Positions 8,415 to 16,600 of a DNA stretch of 61,028 nt are shown piece after piece. The stretch spans positions 1-61,028 of IMG/VR virus record IMGVR_UViG_3300003322_000515; one strand, written 5' to 3'. The position numbers and the translations under genes are program-made. Each line of letters begins with the position of its first letter. Positions within the stretch are counted from its first letter, which is position 1. Origin of the DNA: a virus. The notes beneath the pieces were generated by a model. It did not search any database, was not told the DNA's origin, and worked only from the letters and a program-made list of their open reading frames with translations.

Positions 8415-9026
8415 TCAAGCGGAACTGCCAACAAACCCACCAGGAATGCGCTCAGAAAGGACGATGACATGAACGGCTTCAACATCTCGAATCGTCACCG
8501 GCCCGATGTTGCGCTCGATAGTCGCGGTGCTATCTTCCAGCGAAATAAGCCTGCCAATCCATGCCGCTCCCTTGGAATGAACCAGAACCTCATGTCCAAC
8601 GCGCGGCCACGTAGCTGGGTCGCACCAAGCTTTTGTGCCTACCAGCAGCGCCGGCTCCATCACCTTCGTATCAATGCGGATGGCGTAACGACCGAGAGGA
8701 AAGCGGCGACCACCACCGACGGTGTCCACGAGGGGGAAAGAGTACCGTCCATCTTTGCGATCGCTCACCTTGCCGTAGATTTGGTCTGCTTTTGGAAGGC
8801 GCGTATTGCCAGTGCTTTCGCGCGCCTCATCGAGCAGCATAAGCAGGTCTTCCTGGCCAATGTTCAGAAACTCGCCAAGGCGAAAATAAAACTGCGGTCG
8901 CGGAATGCCGCCTTTCAGCCAGGTGTTAAACGCCTGCTGCGACCAGCCAAACTCGCGCGCGAGCTCACGCTCGGACTTGCCGCGCCGCTTTTGTTCATTG
9001 TCGAGCATTTGGGAGAAGCGAGACAC
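8415..9026 (-). CDS. CI-like repressor: HTH plus S24-fold domain lacking the catalytic Ser/Lys
   Basis: SERELAREFGWSQQAFNTWLKG HTH. C-terminal IDTKVMEP aligns with GDSMEP (Ser to Val) and IGRLI with the Lys position (Lys to Arg). Divergent from early promoter P1. Confidence 0.8.
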   Translation of the reverse strand: MSRFSQMLDNEQKRRGKSERELAREFGWSQQAFNTWLKGGIPRPQFYFRLGEFLNIGQEDLLMLLDEARESTGNTRLPKADQIYGKVSDRKDGRYSFPLVDTVGGGRRFPLGRYAIRIDTKVMEPALLVGTKAWCDPATWPRVGHEVLVHSKGAAWIGRLISLEDSTATIERNIGPVTIRDVEAVHVIVLSERIPGGFVGSSA

Positions 9027-9052
9027 AGATACACCTTTTATCGCTGACTATC

Positions 9053-9081
9053 TTGACAAAACGAGATTTTTGTCATATTAT
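9053..9081 (+). promoter_or_regulatory. Early rightward promoter P1 with embedded operator
   Basis: TTGACA-17 nt-TATTAT. The spacer carries the inverted repeat TGACAAAA/TTTTGTCA. Confidence 0.75.
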
Positions 9082-9090
9082 CGACCATAA

Positions 9091-9114
9091 TGACAAATTT
9101 GTTGATATTTGTCA
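9091..9114. promoter_or_regulatory. Second operator-like inverted repeat downstream of P1
   Basis: TGACAAAT-N8-ATTTGTCA. Confidence 0.55.
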
Positions 9115-9170
9115 AATGCTGCCGGTAAAGACCACGACCGGCATATTCACCACCACATAGAGGAGACTGC

Positions 9171-9389
9171 ATGACTCAGCACGAGAGACCGTCGCGCGTT
9201 CTTATCGCGGCGAATGACAACCACCCAGACCGCCTAACAATGATGATTCCCCACAACGGTGGCTGCTCGACGACGAGTGGCCTGGTGCCGGTATCAACAA
9301 AGCGCGTCGGCACCAATGAGGCCGCTGACGACGCCGACATTCAGGCCGGTCTTGCGGTCACTGAATATTGCTTGCAGGTGGCGGCATGA
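9171..9389 (+). CDS. Hypothetical protein (72 aa) with AANDN motif
   Basis: Conserved leader CACCACCACATAGAGGAGACTGCATG; ANDN at 9210-9221. Confidence 0.6.
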   Translation: MTQHERPSRVLIAANDNHPDRLTMMIPHNGGCSTTSGLVPVSTKRVGTNEAADDADIQAGLAVTEYCLQVAA

Positions 9390-9703
9390 CCACCACCAAT
9401 GACGGCAACCACTGCGATTGCACCTTCTTCGAAGAGGGCGATTGGGTAGAATCCCGCCTTAACACCGATGTGTTTGGTATCGTCGTAGGCGAGTCCGACT
9501 TCGGCCGCTACTACCAAGTGCAGATGGCCTCAACCCTGGAAATCAAGATCTTCCATGGCGTTACTCTGCGCCACATGGATGTGCAGGACGATGAACCGCC
9601 TCTGCGGGCGGCTGATCAGATCGATGAAAGCAATGTCATCAAAGTTGATTTCACAAAGCACGGCGCGCTGCGCCCTGGCACAAAGACGGAAGGAGCTGCG
9701 TGA
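9386..9703 (+). CDS. Hypothetical protein (about 105 aa), ends GAA
   Basis: ORF 9368-9703. ATG 9386 forms an ATGA overlap with the upstream stop. Confidence 0.6.
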   Translation: MTTTNDGNHCDCTFFEEGDWVESRLNTDVFGIVVGESDFGRYYQVQMASTLEIKIFHGVTLRHMDVQDDEPPLRAADQIDESNVIKVDFTKHGALRPGTKTEGAA

Positions 9704-10881
9704 TGGGGAAGTTTAAGATTGGAGATCGCGTTCGCGTTATTGGAGCTAGCGATAGCAGTCAAGAAAAATACAAGGGAACCACATTCACCATCGACAGCGA
9801 TGAGGGGAATTTAGACGGTGAGCAATCTTGGGCCGGCAAGGACCATGGATCACCATATCGCTGGAAGGAAAGCCAGATGGAACTTGCATCAGCATGGCGC
9901 CCGAAGGTGGGTGATCGGGTACGGTTTACCAAAGACAATCCGAATGGCGGTGCTGTCTATGGCGCGAAGGGTGAAGACTTCATTGTCGCAAGAGGAATCT
10001 GCGATTCGTTTATTTATGGCAAACAGGTTTCTATCAATCATCCAAGACATTTCTTCAAGCCGGACGCACCTATTTCTGCGCTTGAACATCTGCCTGCAGC
10101 AGCAGAATTGAAGCCGGTGCCGCTCAAGATCGAGGCCGGCAAGTTCTACAAGCGCCGAGATGGCGTGAAGATGGGTCCGGCAGTGCCATGCGATGACCCG
10201 ATTGCCTCCTTTAATTTGAAAGGTCCAGTTAATCACGAGAATCGTTATTACGATGCTTACGGAAAGCACGGTGCAGAGTATATCAATAATGAGCCGTCTT
10301 TTGACCTCATCGCCGAATGGGTCGAAGAGCCTGCTGTTGCCAACGACAACGCGGCCAAGCCTAAGTTCAAGGTGGGTGATCGGGTGCGCATCGTGAGGGC
10401 ACGACTGTCACACAAAAAGCCGTACATCGGCGACGAATTCGTCATCCAGCGCGAAACGTATAAGGTAGATGGCGAGAAAACGTGGGGTGGAAAAGGCGCG
10501 CACGGCTGTGTGTGGCTGGAAAGCGAACTGGAAATCGTCACGCCCACCCCCGCCGCCATCGTCGCCCTGATCGAAAACGGCCAGCCGAAGCCGTCGGCTT
10601 TCCCGTATGTCCACGCCACCGAAGCTGCTGCGAGCAAAGAAGCGTCACGTCTGGCCGGCGTCTACAAAGGCAAGCAGTTCGGCGTCTACGTCCTCACGCA
10701 GACCGTCAGCGAGCCGGCGCCGGCGTACAAGCACGAATGGCAACGGCTTGCTGCCAAGGGCGAGAAGATTGCCGCAATCAAGGAGCTGCGCGGTATCACT
10801 GGTCTTGGCCTAAAGGCGACGAAGGATGCTGTCGAGCATTGGCTTGCGCACGACGAGCCTGTGTCGCGTATCGCCGCCTAA
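9703..10881 (+). CDS. Repeat-containing protein with a ribosomal bL12 (L7/L12) C-terminal-domain-like tail
   Basis: Three KxGDRVR modules. C-terminal EKIAAIKELRGITGLGLKATKDAVEH resembles the bL12 CTD ([24 protein letters not shown]). ANDN at 10339-10350. Ends IAA. Confidence 0.75.
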   Translation: MGKFKIGDRVRVIGASDSSQEKYKGTTFTIDSDEGNLDGEQSWAGKDHGSPYRWKESQMELASAWRPKVGDRVRFTKDNPNGGAVYGAKGEDFIVARGICDSFIYGKQVSINHPRHFFKPDAPISALEHLPAAAELKPVPLKIEAGKFYKRRDGVKMGPAVPCDDPIASFNLKGPVNHENRYYDAYGKHGAEYINNEPSFDLIAEWVEEPAVANDNAAKPKFKVGDRVRIVRARLSHKKPYIGDEFVIQRETYKVDGEKTWGGKGAHGCVWLESELEIVTPTPAAIVALIENGQPKPSAFPYVHATEAAASKEASRLAGVYKGKQFGVYVLTQTVSEPAPAYKHEWQRLAAKGEKIAAIKELRGITGLGLKATKDAVEHWLAHDEPVSRIAA

Positions 10882-10964
10882 CGGTCTTCTGGCCGTTATC
10901 TCACCAATCCAGCCACCACAGCAACGCCGTGCGCCTACCAAGCGCACGGCTTAGAGGAGACACC

Positions 10965-11246
10965 ATGTCTTATTCACCGTTGAAAGACCCACCCCTAACA
11001 GGCACGCCACTCGACTACGTGCCGATCGATGCTCCCATCCGCAAAAAGAAGCGGCCAGTCAACTTCACGGCACCGACCGTGCGCCGCGCAACTATCGCCG
11101 GTCTCGTAGCTGGCGCCATCGTCGCATGCTTTGTCTTTCCGACCGTAGCGCTCACTTGCTTGGCGCTTGGTGTCCTAGCCGCATCCGTGTGGGGCGGCGG
11201 CAAGCTTGCAGACCGTGTCGATGCCCACAAGGCGGCCAAGCAATGA
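10965..11246 (+). CDS. Membrane protein (93 aa)
   Basis: AGAGGAGACACCATG start inside track ORF 10482-11246; two hydrophobic segments; upstream hairpin at 10926-10950. Confidence 0.6.
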   Translation: MSYSPLKDPPLTGTPLDYVPIDAPIRKKKRPVNFTAPTVRRATIAGLVAGAIVACFVFPTVALTCLALGVLAASVWGGGKLADRVDAHKAAKQ

Positions 11247-11347
11247 CGGTATTTGTTCCTGACACGAATGCATGGCCACCGCCGTTCAGTTGGTGGCCAT
11301 CAATTATCGCGGCAGCTGTCATCGCGACGATCGTTTATTTTCATTGA
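11243..11347 (+). CDS. Small membrane peptide (34 aa)
   Basis: ATGA overlap with the upstream stop; WWPSIIAAAVIATIVYF transmembrane segment. Confidence 0.4.
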   Translation: MTVFVPDTNAWPPPFSWWPSIIAAAVIATIVYFH

Positions 11348-11359
11348 GAGGAGAGAGAG

Positions 11360-12151
11360 TTGGCTATTTCATTGAAAAGCCTCAGAAGCACGACGCGACA
11401 GACGCCGCCGATAACGCTGCTATATGGCGTTGATGGCGTTGGCAAGTCATCTCTTGCGGCTGAATTCCCTGACGCCATCTATATCAGCACGGCAGGCGAG
11501 CGCCCGCCAAGTGATGTTGATCTGGCGACGCCTGGCGACGTCGAGACGTGGGATGACTTGAAGGATGTGGTCGGCGAGCTGATCACTGAAGACCACGAAT
11601 TCAAAACCGTTATCTTCGATGGCCTTGACGGTCTCGAGCCAATTATCAACGCCGCTACTTGCGCTCGCATCGGTGCCGACAGCATTGGTAGCAACGACAA
11701 GGGCTCGCCAGCCGCATTCGGGCAGGGTGATGTGCAGGGTGATGTCGAGTGGGGCGAGTTCATGGATGCATGCGCCGCACTGACTGAGCGCGGCATTGCT
11801 GTGGTGCTGCTAGCCCACCCAGAGATAAAAAGATTCGATAGCCCTGTTACCGATCCGTACGACCGCTACCAACTCAAGCTTCGCAAGCGTGCCGCCGCGC
11901 TCGTGCGCGAGCGCTCTGACATCGTCGCCTTCCTCAACTACCGGGTATCGCTGAAGAGCAAGGAAGTCGGCATCAAGAAGGAAGTCACGCACGCCGAGGG
12001 CGGCAAGGAGCGCCAGATCCATCTTACCGAGGGTGCTGGTTTCGTAGCCAAGAACCGCTATTCCATGCCGGACGCCATCACCTACAAGAAGGGCAAGGGC
12101 TACGAGGAGCTGTCGAAATACTTCCCGGCGCCGACCGGTGTTGCAGCATGA
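11360..12151 (+). CDS. AAA_24-type (Sak4-like) RecA-fold ATPase
   Basis: Walker A YGVDGVGKSS; Walker B VIFDGLD; typical partner of the DUF669 gene downstream. Ends VAA. Confidence 0.8.
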   Translation: MAISLKSLRSTTRQTPPITLLYGVDGVGKSSLAAEFPDAIYISTAGERPPSDVDLATPGDVETWDDLKDVVGELITEDHEFKTVIFDGLDGLEPIINAATCARIGADSIGSNDKGSPAAFGQGDVQGDVEWGEFMDACAALTERGIAVVLLAHPEIKRFDSPVTDPYDRYQLKLRKRAAALVRERSDIVAFLNYRVSLKSKEVGIKKEVTHAEGGKERQIHLTEGAGFVAKNRYSMPDAITYKKGKGYEELSKYFPAPTGVAA

Positions 12152-12381
12152 CGGCCGATTGCACCTACCTGTATTTCAAGCCAAGCGGCAAATGGAAGTA
12201 TGAAGGCCGCGGCCTGTTTCCAGACGGCGACGTCAACCGCGCGTCAATCCGTCGAGCCAACGGTAGCATGCCGGGAATCACCAGCGATGCGTCAGACATG
12301 ATTGTTGTTGTGCTGCCCGACGATGGCTGCACAACAGGCTTTGCCTACCCGCGCATGCTCCATCCGGAGGACGAAGCATGA
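12148..12381 (+). CDS. Hypothetical protein (77 aa)
   Basis: ORF track; ATGA overlaps. Confidence 0.6.
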   Translation: MTADCTYLYFKPSGKWKYEGRGLFPDGDVNRASIRRANGSMPGITSDASDMIVVVLPDDGCTTGFAYPRMLHPEDEA

Positions 12382-12599
12382 AGATCGCGTTCTGCAAAGC
12401 AATTTCCGGCCGGAAGCATCGCATCCACCAATGGTTTGATGCCAACACCATGACCGTGAAATTCGGCATCCAGGCCAACGTTGAGCGTGGACTTTGGGCA
12501 CATGTGGTTGAGGGGAATTCACCGCTCCTCTTTGACGATGAACGGCTCGCGAAGATCCGCATGCGTGAGCTTTCGCGTCCAGTCAAGGATGCAGCATGA
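12378..12599 (+). CDS. Hypothetical protein (73 aa), ends DAA
   Basis: ORF track; ATGA overlaps. Confidence 0.6.
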   Translation: MKIAFCKAISGRKHRIHQWFDANTMTVKFGIQANVERGLWAHVVEGNSPLLFDDERLAKIRMRELSRPVKDAA

Positions 12600-12751
12600 T
12601 GTTCCACCAAGAGCAATGGTTTGCATGGTATCCAGTCATCGCCAGAACGCGCAACGGCAAGCGTTGGGTCTGGCTCGAAATGGTGCTGCGCGAGTGCGCG
12701 CACACGGCATATGGTAGCAGCGCATGGCGCTACTACGCTTTCACCAACTGA
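12596..12751 (+). CDS. Small hypothetical protein (51 aa, MMFHQEQWFAWYPV...)
   Basis: ATGA overlap with the upstream stop. Not in the track (<60 aa). Confidence 0.45.
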   Translation: MMFHQEQWFAWYPVIARTRNGKRWVWLEMVLRECAHTAYGSSAWRYYAFTN

Positions 12752-12774
12752 CCACCACCACAAGGAGACTATGA

Positions 12775-13347
12775 ATGGCAAGACTTTCTACCAATTTTGC
12801 ACCAACCGAACACAGCACCGACCAAAATGATTTTGGAACGATTCCAGAGGGGATTTACTCTCTCGAGGTGATCGCAAGCGATGTCAGCATCGACGGACGA
12901 AATGAAGCCGTCAAGGTAACATACGCCGTTATTGCGCCAGCAGAATACAGCGGTCGCTATGTGTTCGACTGGTTCGATATCAACAACGACGATGCGGAAA
13001 AACAGCGCAGAGGTAACCAGAATTTCTCTAGGCTTTGCCGCGCCATCGGCTATGACGAGCAGGAAGAAGGGGTTCTCGATGATTCCGAAAAGCTTCATTT
13101 CCGCGCATTCACCGCCAAGGTGAAAGACAATCCGGCCGGCGTTAGCAAAGCCGGCAAGCCGTACAAGGCCAAGAACCAAATCGGGCTTTACTACTATCCA
13201 GACGAGGGCAACGTTCCGGAACCTGCCGTTACCGTCGCCGCGCCCGCAAACGACAACCGCAGGCCGGCTGCCGCTGCCAATTACAACCGTGCAGCGACTC
13301 CGGCGGCAAAGCCTGCCGGTTCAAAGCCGTGGGGAGCGCGAAAGTAA
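12775..13347 (+). CDS. DUF669-like putative ssDNA-binding protein
   Basis: N-terminus FGTIPEGIYSLEVI...; position after the AAA_24 ATPase; Pro/Ala-rich tail with ANDN at 13246-13257; conserved leader upstream. Confidence 0.65.
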   Translation: MARLSTNFAPTEHSTDQNDFGTIPEGIYSLEVIASDVSIDGRNEAVKVTYAVIAPAEYSGRYVFDWFDINNDDAEKQRRGNQNFSRLCRAIGYDEQEEGVLDDSEKLHFRAFTAKVKDNPAGVSKAGKPYKAKNQIGLYYYPDEGNVPEPAVTVAAPANDNRRPAAAANYNRAATPAAKPAGSKPWGARK

Positions 13348-13407
13348 CCAGCAATACAGCGGCGGGTCGTCAACCAGCGGCCCGCCATCACCACTGAGGA
13401 GATGAGA

Positions 13408-14256
13408 ATGGCTTATGAAGCCGAGCGCAGACATATTATGGAAGCATTGCCGCTGAGGTTCGACAACGCATTCGTTGCGGGTGGAGCTGTGACGAGCGTG
13501 TTCACGAATGCAAAAATCAACGATGTCGATGTCTATTTCAAGTCGCGGCGCGCCTTTGAGACTGGTGTTTATCAGGCATACGAAGACGGATTGTGGTGCG
13601 TTGCGGCCAGCAAACGCGCTGTGACGTTCTCCGACCGCAGCAACATTGCCCAGCTAATGTACTTCGATTTCTTCGCAACCGCCGACGAAATCTTCAAGGC
13701 TTTCGACTACACGGTCTGCATGGGCGCGCTAGACTTGGACGCCGGCACGAAGACCGTTTGGAATCCTGCTAACATCAGCTTCGACGAAGTGGGTGATGCG
13801 CACCCGGACTCGGGCTTTATCTTCCATCCTGACTTCTTGAAGCACAACAGCCAACGATTCCTAAAGTTCAACGCCGGTACGAGATATCCGCTGGCATCTG
13901 CTACCCGTGTACTGAAGTACCAGCAACGCGGCTACACGATCGGCAAAGGCGATATGATGAAGATAGCGCTAGCCGTACGCGGCGTTCGCATCGAATCATG
14001 GGAAGATCTGAAAGATCAGATCGGCGGCGCATATGGTGACAAGGTTGTCTTTGAAAAAGAGAACACGCCGTTCTCGCTGGAAGCCGCAATCGAGGCTCTA
14101 ACAGTCGAAGACGCCGAAAGAGAGCCTTGGGCGCAGCCCGCAAATGACAATATGCCTGGCACTCCGGAAGGACTTCTGCGGCACATCGCTGCCCTGAACG
14201 GCGTTGCGTACGTCGCGCCCGAACTAAACGAAGACGGCTGGCCGCTAGCCGCATAA
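13408..14256 (+). CDS. Hypothetical protein with a Pol-beta-type nucleotidyltransferase-like signature
   Basis: VAGGAVTSVFTNAKINDVDVYF (hGG-x-DhDh pattern). Start 13408 fits GAGGAGA-N5-ATG; the track start is 13402. ANDN at 14140-14151. Ends LAA. Confidence 0.6.
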   Translation: MAYEAERRHIMEALPLRFDNAFVAGGAVTSVFTNAKINDVDVYFKSRRAFETGVYQAYEDGLWCVAASKRAVTFSDRSNIAQLMYFDFFATADEIFKAFDYTVCMGALDLDAGTKTVWNPANISFDEVGDAHPDSGFIFHPDFLKHNSQRFLKFNAGTRYPLASATRVLKYQQRGYTIGKGDMMKIALAVRGVRIESWEDLKDQIGGAYGDKVVFEKENTPFSLEAAIEALTVEDAEREPWAQPANDNMPGTPEGLLRHIAALNGVAYVAPELNEDGWPLAA

Positions 14257-14314
14257 CCATACCACGCTGCACGGCCACCAATCGTGCAGCCCCACCACCA
14301 CTGAGGAGACAACT

Positions 14315-15379
14315 ATGCAATTATCCATAGCGAGAACCGACCTCGCGCGCGTTTTGACAGCCACCAGTAAGGTGGTTGAAAGCCGCAATACCATCCCCAT
14401 TCTCAGCCATCTTCTCTTGGAAGCTGACAAGGACGGACTAAAAGTCACCGGCTCTGATCTCGACATCACAGCAACGGCTCGCTGCGATGCTGACGTTACC
14501 AAGGCCGGCAGCGTGTGTGTTGACGCCAAGCTGATCGGCGACATTGCACGAAAGGCTGGAGACTCCCTCATCAGTCTGTCACTTGACGGTGACAAGTTAA
14601 CTGTCAAAAGCGGCCGCAGCAAGTTCAGCCTTGCTACCCTCTCGCCGGCAGACTTCCCAGTCATGAATGCCGGAGCATTCGACGCAGAATTCGATATCGA
14701 CCTTGCGGCGCTTTTCGCGCCGGTATCTTTCGCCATCTCGCAAGACAAGACTCGCCCGTATCTCGAAGGCATCTATCTGCACGTCGTAGACAACAGGGCT
14801 GTTGCGGTGGCTACCAATGGCCACAGGCTCGCGCGGCATGTTGGGCAGGATGTTCCTGCCTTTCCGTCTGTTATTATAGGACAGAAGGCAGTTTCGCTTA
14901 TCTCTGCTACCAAGGGTGTCGTTCATCTGTCAGTTAGCGAGAGCCTGATACGTGTAACGTCACAGGATTTCGTGCTCACAAGCAATCTCGTAGACGGCAT
15001 GTACCCTGACTATCCGCGCGTCATTCCGGTCGCCAATGAACTGGTGGTTAGTGCCGACAAGGGCGACATCCTGAAGGCTGCCGATCGCGTTGCCACCGTC
15101 TCATCTGAGCGGGGGAGTGCGGTCAAGCTTTCCGTTGCGCCTGGAGCTATCGCGCTTTCAGTTCACTCCATGGTTGGCGATGCCAATGACGAGGTGCAAG
15201 CGGAGTACAGCGGCAAGCCTGTCTATATCGGCTTTAACTCGGTCTACCTCCGCGATGCACTGCAGGTATTTCCTGACGGGCCGGTTGTTCTGGCGCTGCG
15301 CGATTCCGGCTCTCCGGCTCGCATCACATCGCCTGTATATGAGGCGCTGGACGTCACACTTATGCCAATGAGGGTTTAG
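14315..15379 (+). CDS. dnaN: DNA polymerase III beta sliding clamp homologue
   Basis: 354 aa. N-terminus MQLSIARTDLARVLTATSKVVESRNTIPILSHLLLEA, with typical DnaN length and pattern throughout. Confidence 0.85.
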   Translation: MQLSIARTDLARVLTATSKVVESRNTIPILSHLLLEADKDGLKVTGSDLDITATARCDADVTKAGSVCVDAKLIGDIARKAGDSLISLSLDGDKLTVKSGRSKFSLATLSPADFPVMNAGAFDAEFDIDLAALFAPVSFAISQDKTRPYLEGIYLHVVDNRAVAVATNGHRLARHVGQDVPAFPSVIIGQKAVSLISATKGVVHLSVSESLIRVTSQDFVLTSNLVDGMYPDYPRVIPVANELVVSADKGDILKAADRVATVSSERGSAVKLSVAPGAIALSVHSMVGDANDEVQAEYSGKPVYIGFNSVYLRDALQVFPDGPVVLALRDSGSPARITSPVYEALDVTLMPMRV

Positions 15380-15381
15380 GG

Positions 15382-15651
15382 ATGACTTATGTCAGTGTTG
15401 AAGTAGACGTCGATGACGTTATCGACCAGATCGATGACAAGCGGTTGCTGCGTGAGGTGTCCTCGCGCCAACTCGACGGCGTTCCGGATGTTCGTGCGCT
15501 TGTGCAGCGCGCACTCGTTGCCATAAAGTCTGGCCGCGTCAACGATGGCGTGACCATGTTGGAGCGAGAGTTCTTTCCGACTTGGAAGAGCAAGGCCGAT
15601 TGCGAAGCTGCCTATAGGACGGCAATGGCATTGAAGGGGATGGCGGCGTGA
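15382..15651 (+). CDS. Hypothetical protein (89 aa), ends MAA
   Basis: ORF track. Confidence 0.6.
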   Translation: MTYVSVEVDVDDVIDQIDDKRLLREVSSRQLDGVPDVRALVQRALVAIKSGRVNDGVTMLEREFFPTWKSKADCEAAYRTAMALKGMAA

Positions 15652-16577
15652 GCGCCATCCCAAAGCCAATCTCCAGCACGGTAAAGGCCATATACGCCGC
15701 ATACGAGGCTACCAACGAGCATTACGACTCGTTGGGGATCTCGGTAGGCCTTGCTGCTACCGAATGCGACCGCTCACTATGGTATATCTTTAGATGGTGT
15801 TCAGATCCAGAACGACCAGATGGCCAAAAGGTAAGCATCTTTCGTACCGGCGACATGTGGGAAGAACGTCTGGTTGCCGACTTGGAAGCCATTGGCTGCG
15901 AAGTAACCGGACAACAAGATCGCATTCGGCTGGTTTCTGGACACGTCCGCGGCAAGCGTGATGGCGCATGTATCGGCCTGCCGGAGGCTCCGCGTACCGT
16001 CCATCTTTGCGAGTTCAAGAGCTCGAACGACAAGAACTTCAAGGATGTGGTGAAGAATGGCTGCAAGAAAAGCAAGCCGCTTCATTACGCGCAGGTACAG
16101 CTTGGATGCCACTTTTTCGGTCTGACGCGTGGTTTATACCTAGTTGTGAACAAGAATACTGACGAGCGATATGCAGAGCGCATCGAATACGACGCAGAAT
16201 ACTGTATCCGGTTGTTAGCGCGACTTGAGCGCATCATTTCATCTGACGAGCCGCCTAGCCGACTGTGCAGCAAGCGAGACGATTTCAGAGGAATATTCTG
16301 CCATCAGGCTGCCGTCTGTTGGGGCGAGGAATTCCCCCGCGCCACCTGCCGCGTCTGCATCCACGCAACGCCAGAAATGGGAGGCGATGGCCACTGGTCT
16401 TGCGCTCGCTTCTCAAAGCCATTGAGCTTCGACGAGCAGAAAGTCGGCTGTCCCGCGATGCTCTATATCCCTGCAACTGTGCCGTATGAGCAGGTTGATG
16501 TGGATGAGGACGCAGAGCAGATCATTTATCGCAAACCTGACGGAAGCCTATGGATTGACGGCGCCACCACCGCCTGA
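15648..16577 (+). CDS. PD-(D/E)XK nuclease (RecB/Cas4-like) with a C-terminal Cys cluster
   Basis: RDGACIG...HLCEFKSS motif (D...ExK); C-terminal CHQAAVC...CRVC...C cysteines. Confidence 0.65.
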   Translation: MSAIPKPISSTVKAIYAAYEATNEHYDSLGISVGLAATECDRSLWYIFRWCSDPERPDGQKVSIFRTGDMWEERLVADLEAIGCEVTGQQDRIRLVSGHVRGKRDGACIGLPEAPRTVHLCEFKSSNDKNFKDVVKNGCKKSKPLHYAQVQLGCHFFGLTRGLYLVVNKNTDERYAERIEYDAEYCIRLLARLERIISSDEPPSRLCSKRDDFRGIFCHQAAVCWGEEFPRATCRVCIHATPEMGGDGHWSCARFSKPLSFDEQKVGCPAMLYIPATVPYEQVDVDEDAEQIIYRKPDGSLWIDGATTA

Positions 16578-16600
16578 CCGCACCACAAAGAGGAGACGAC

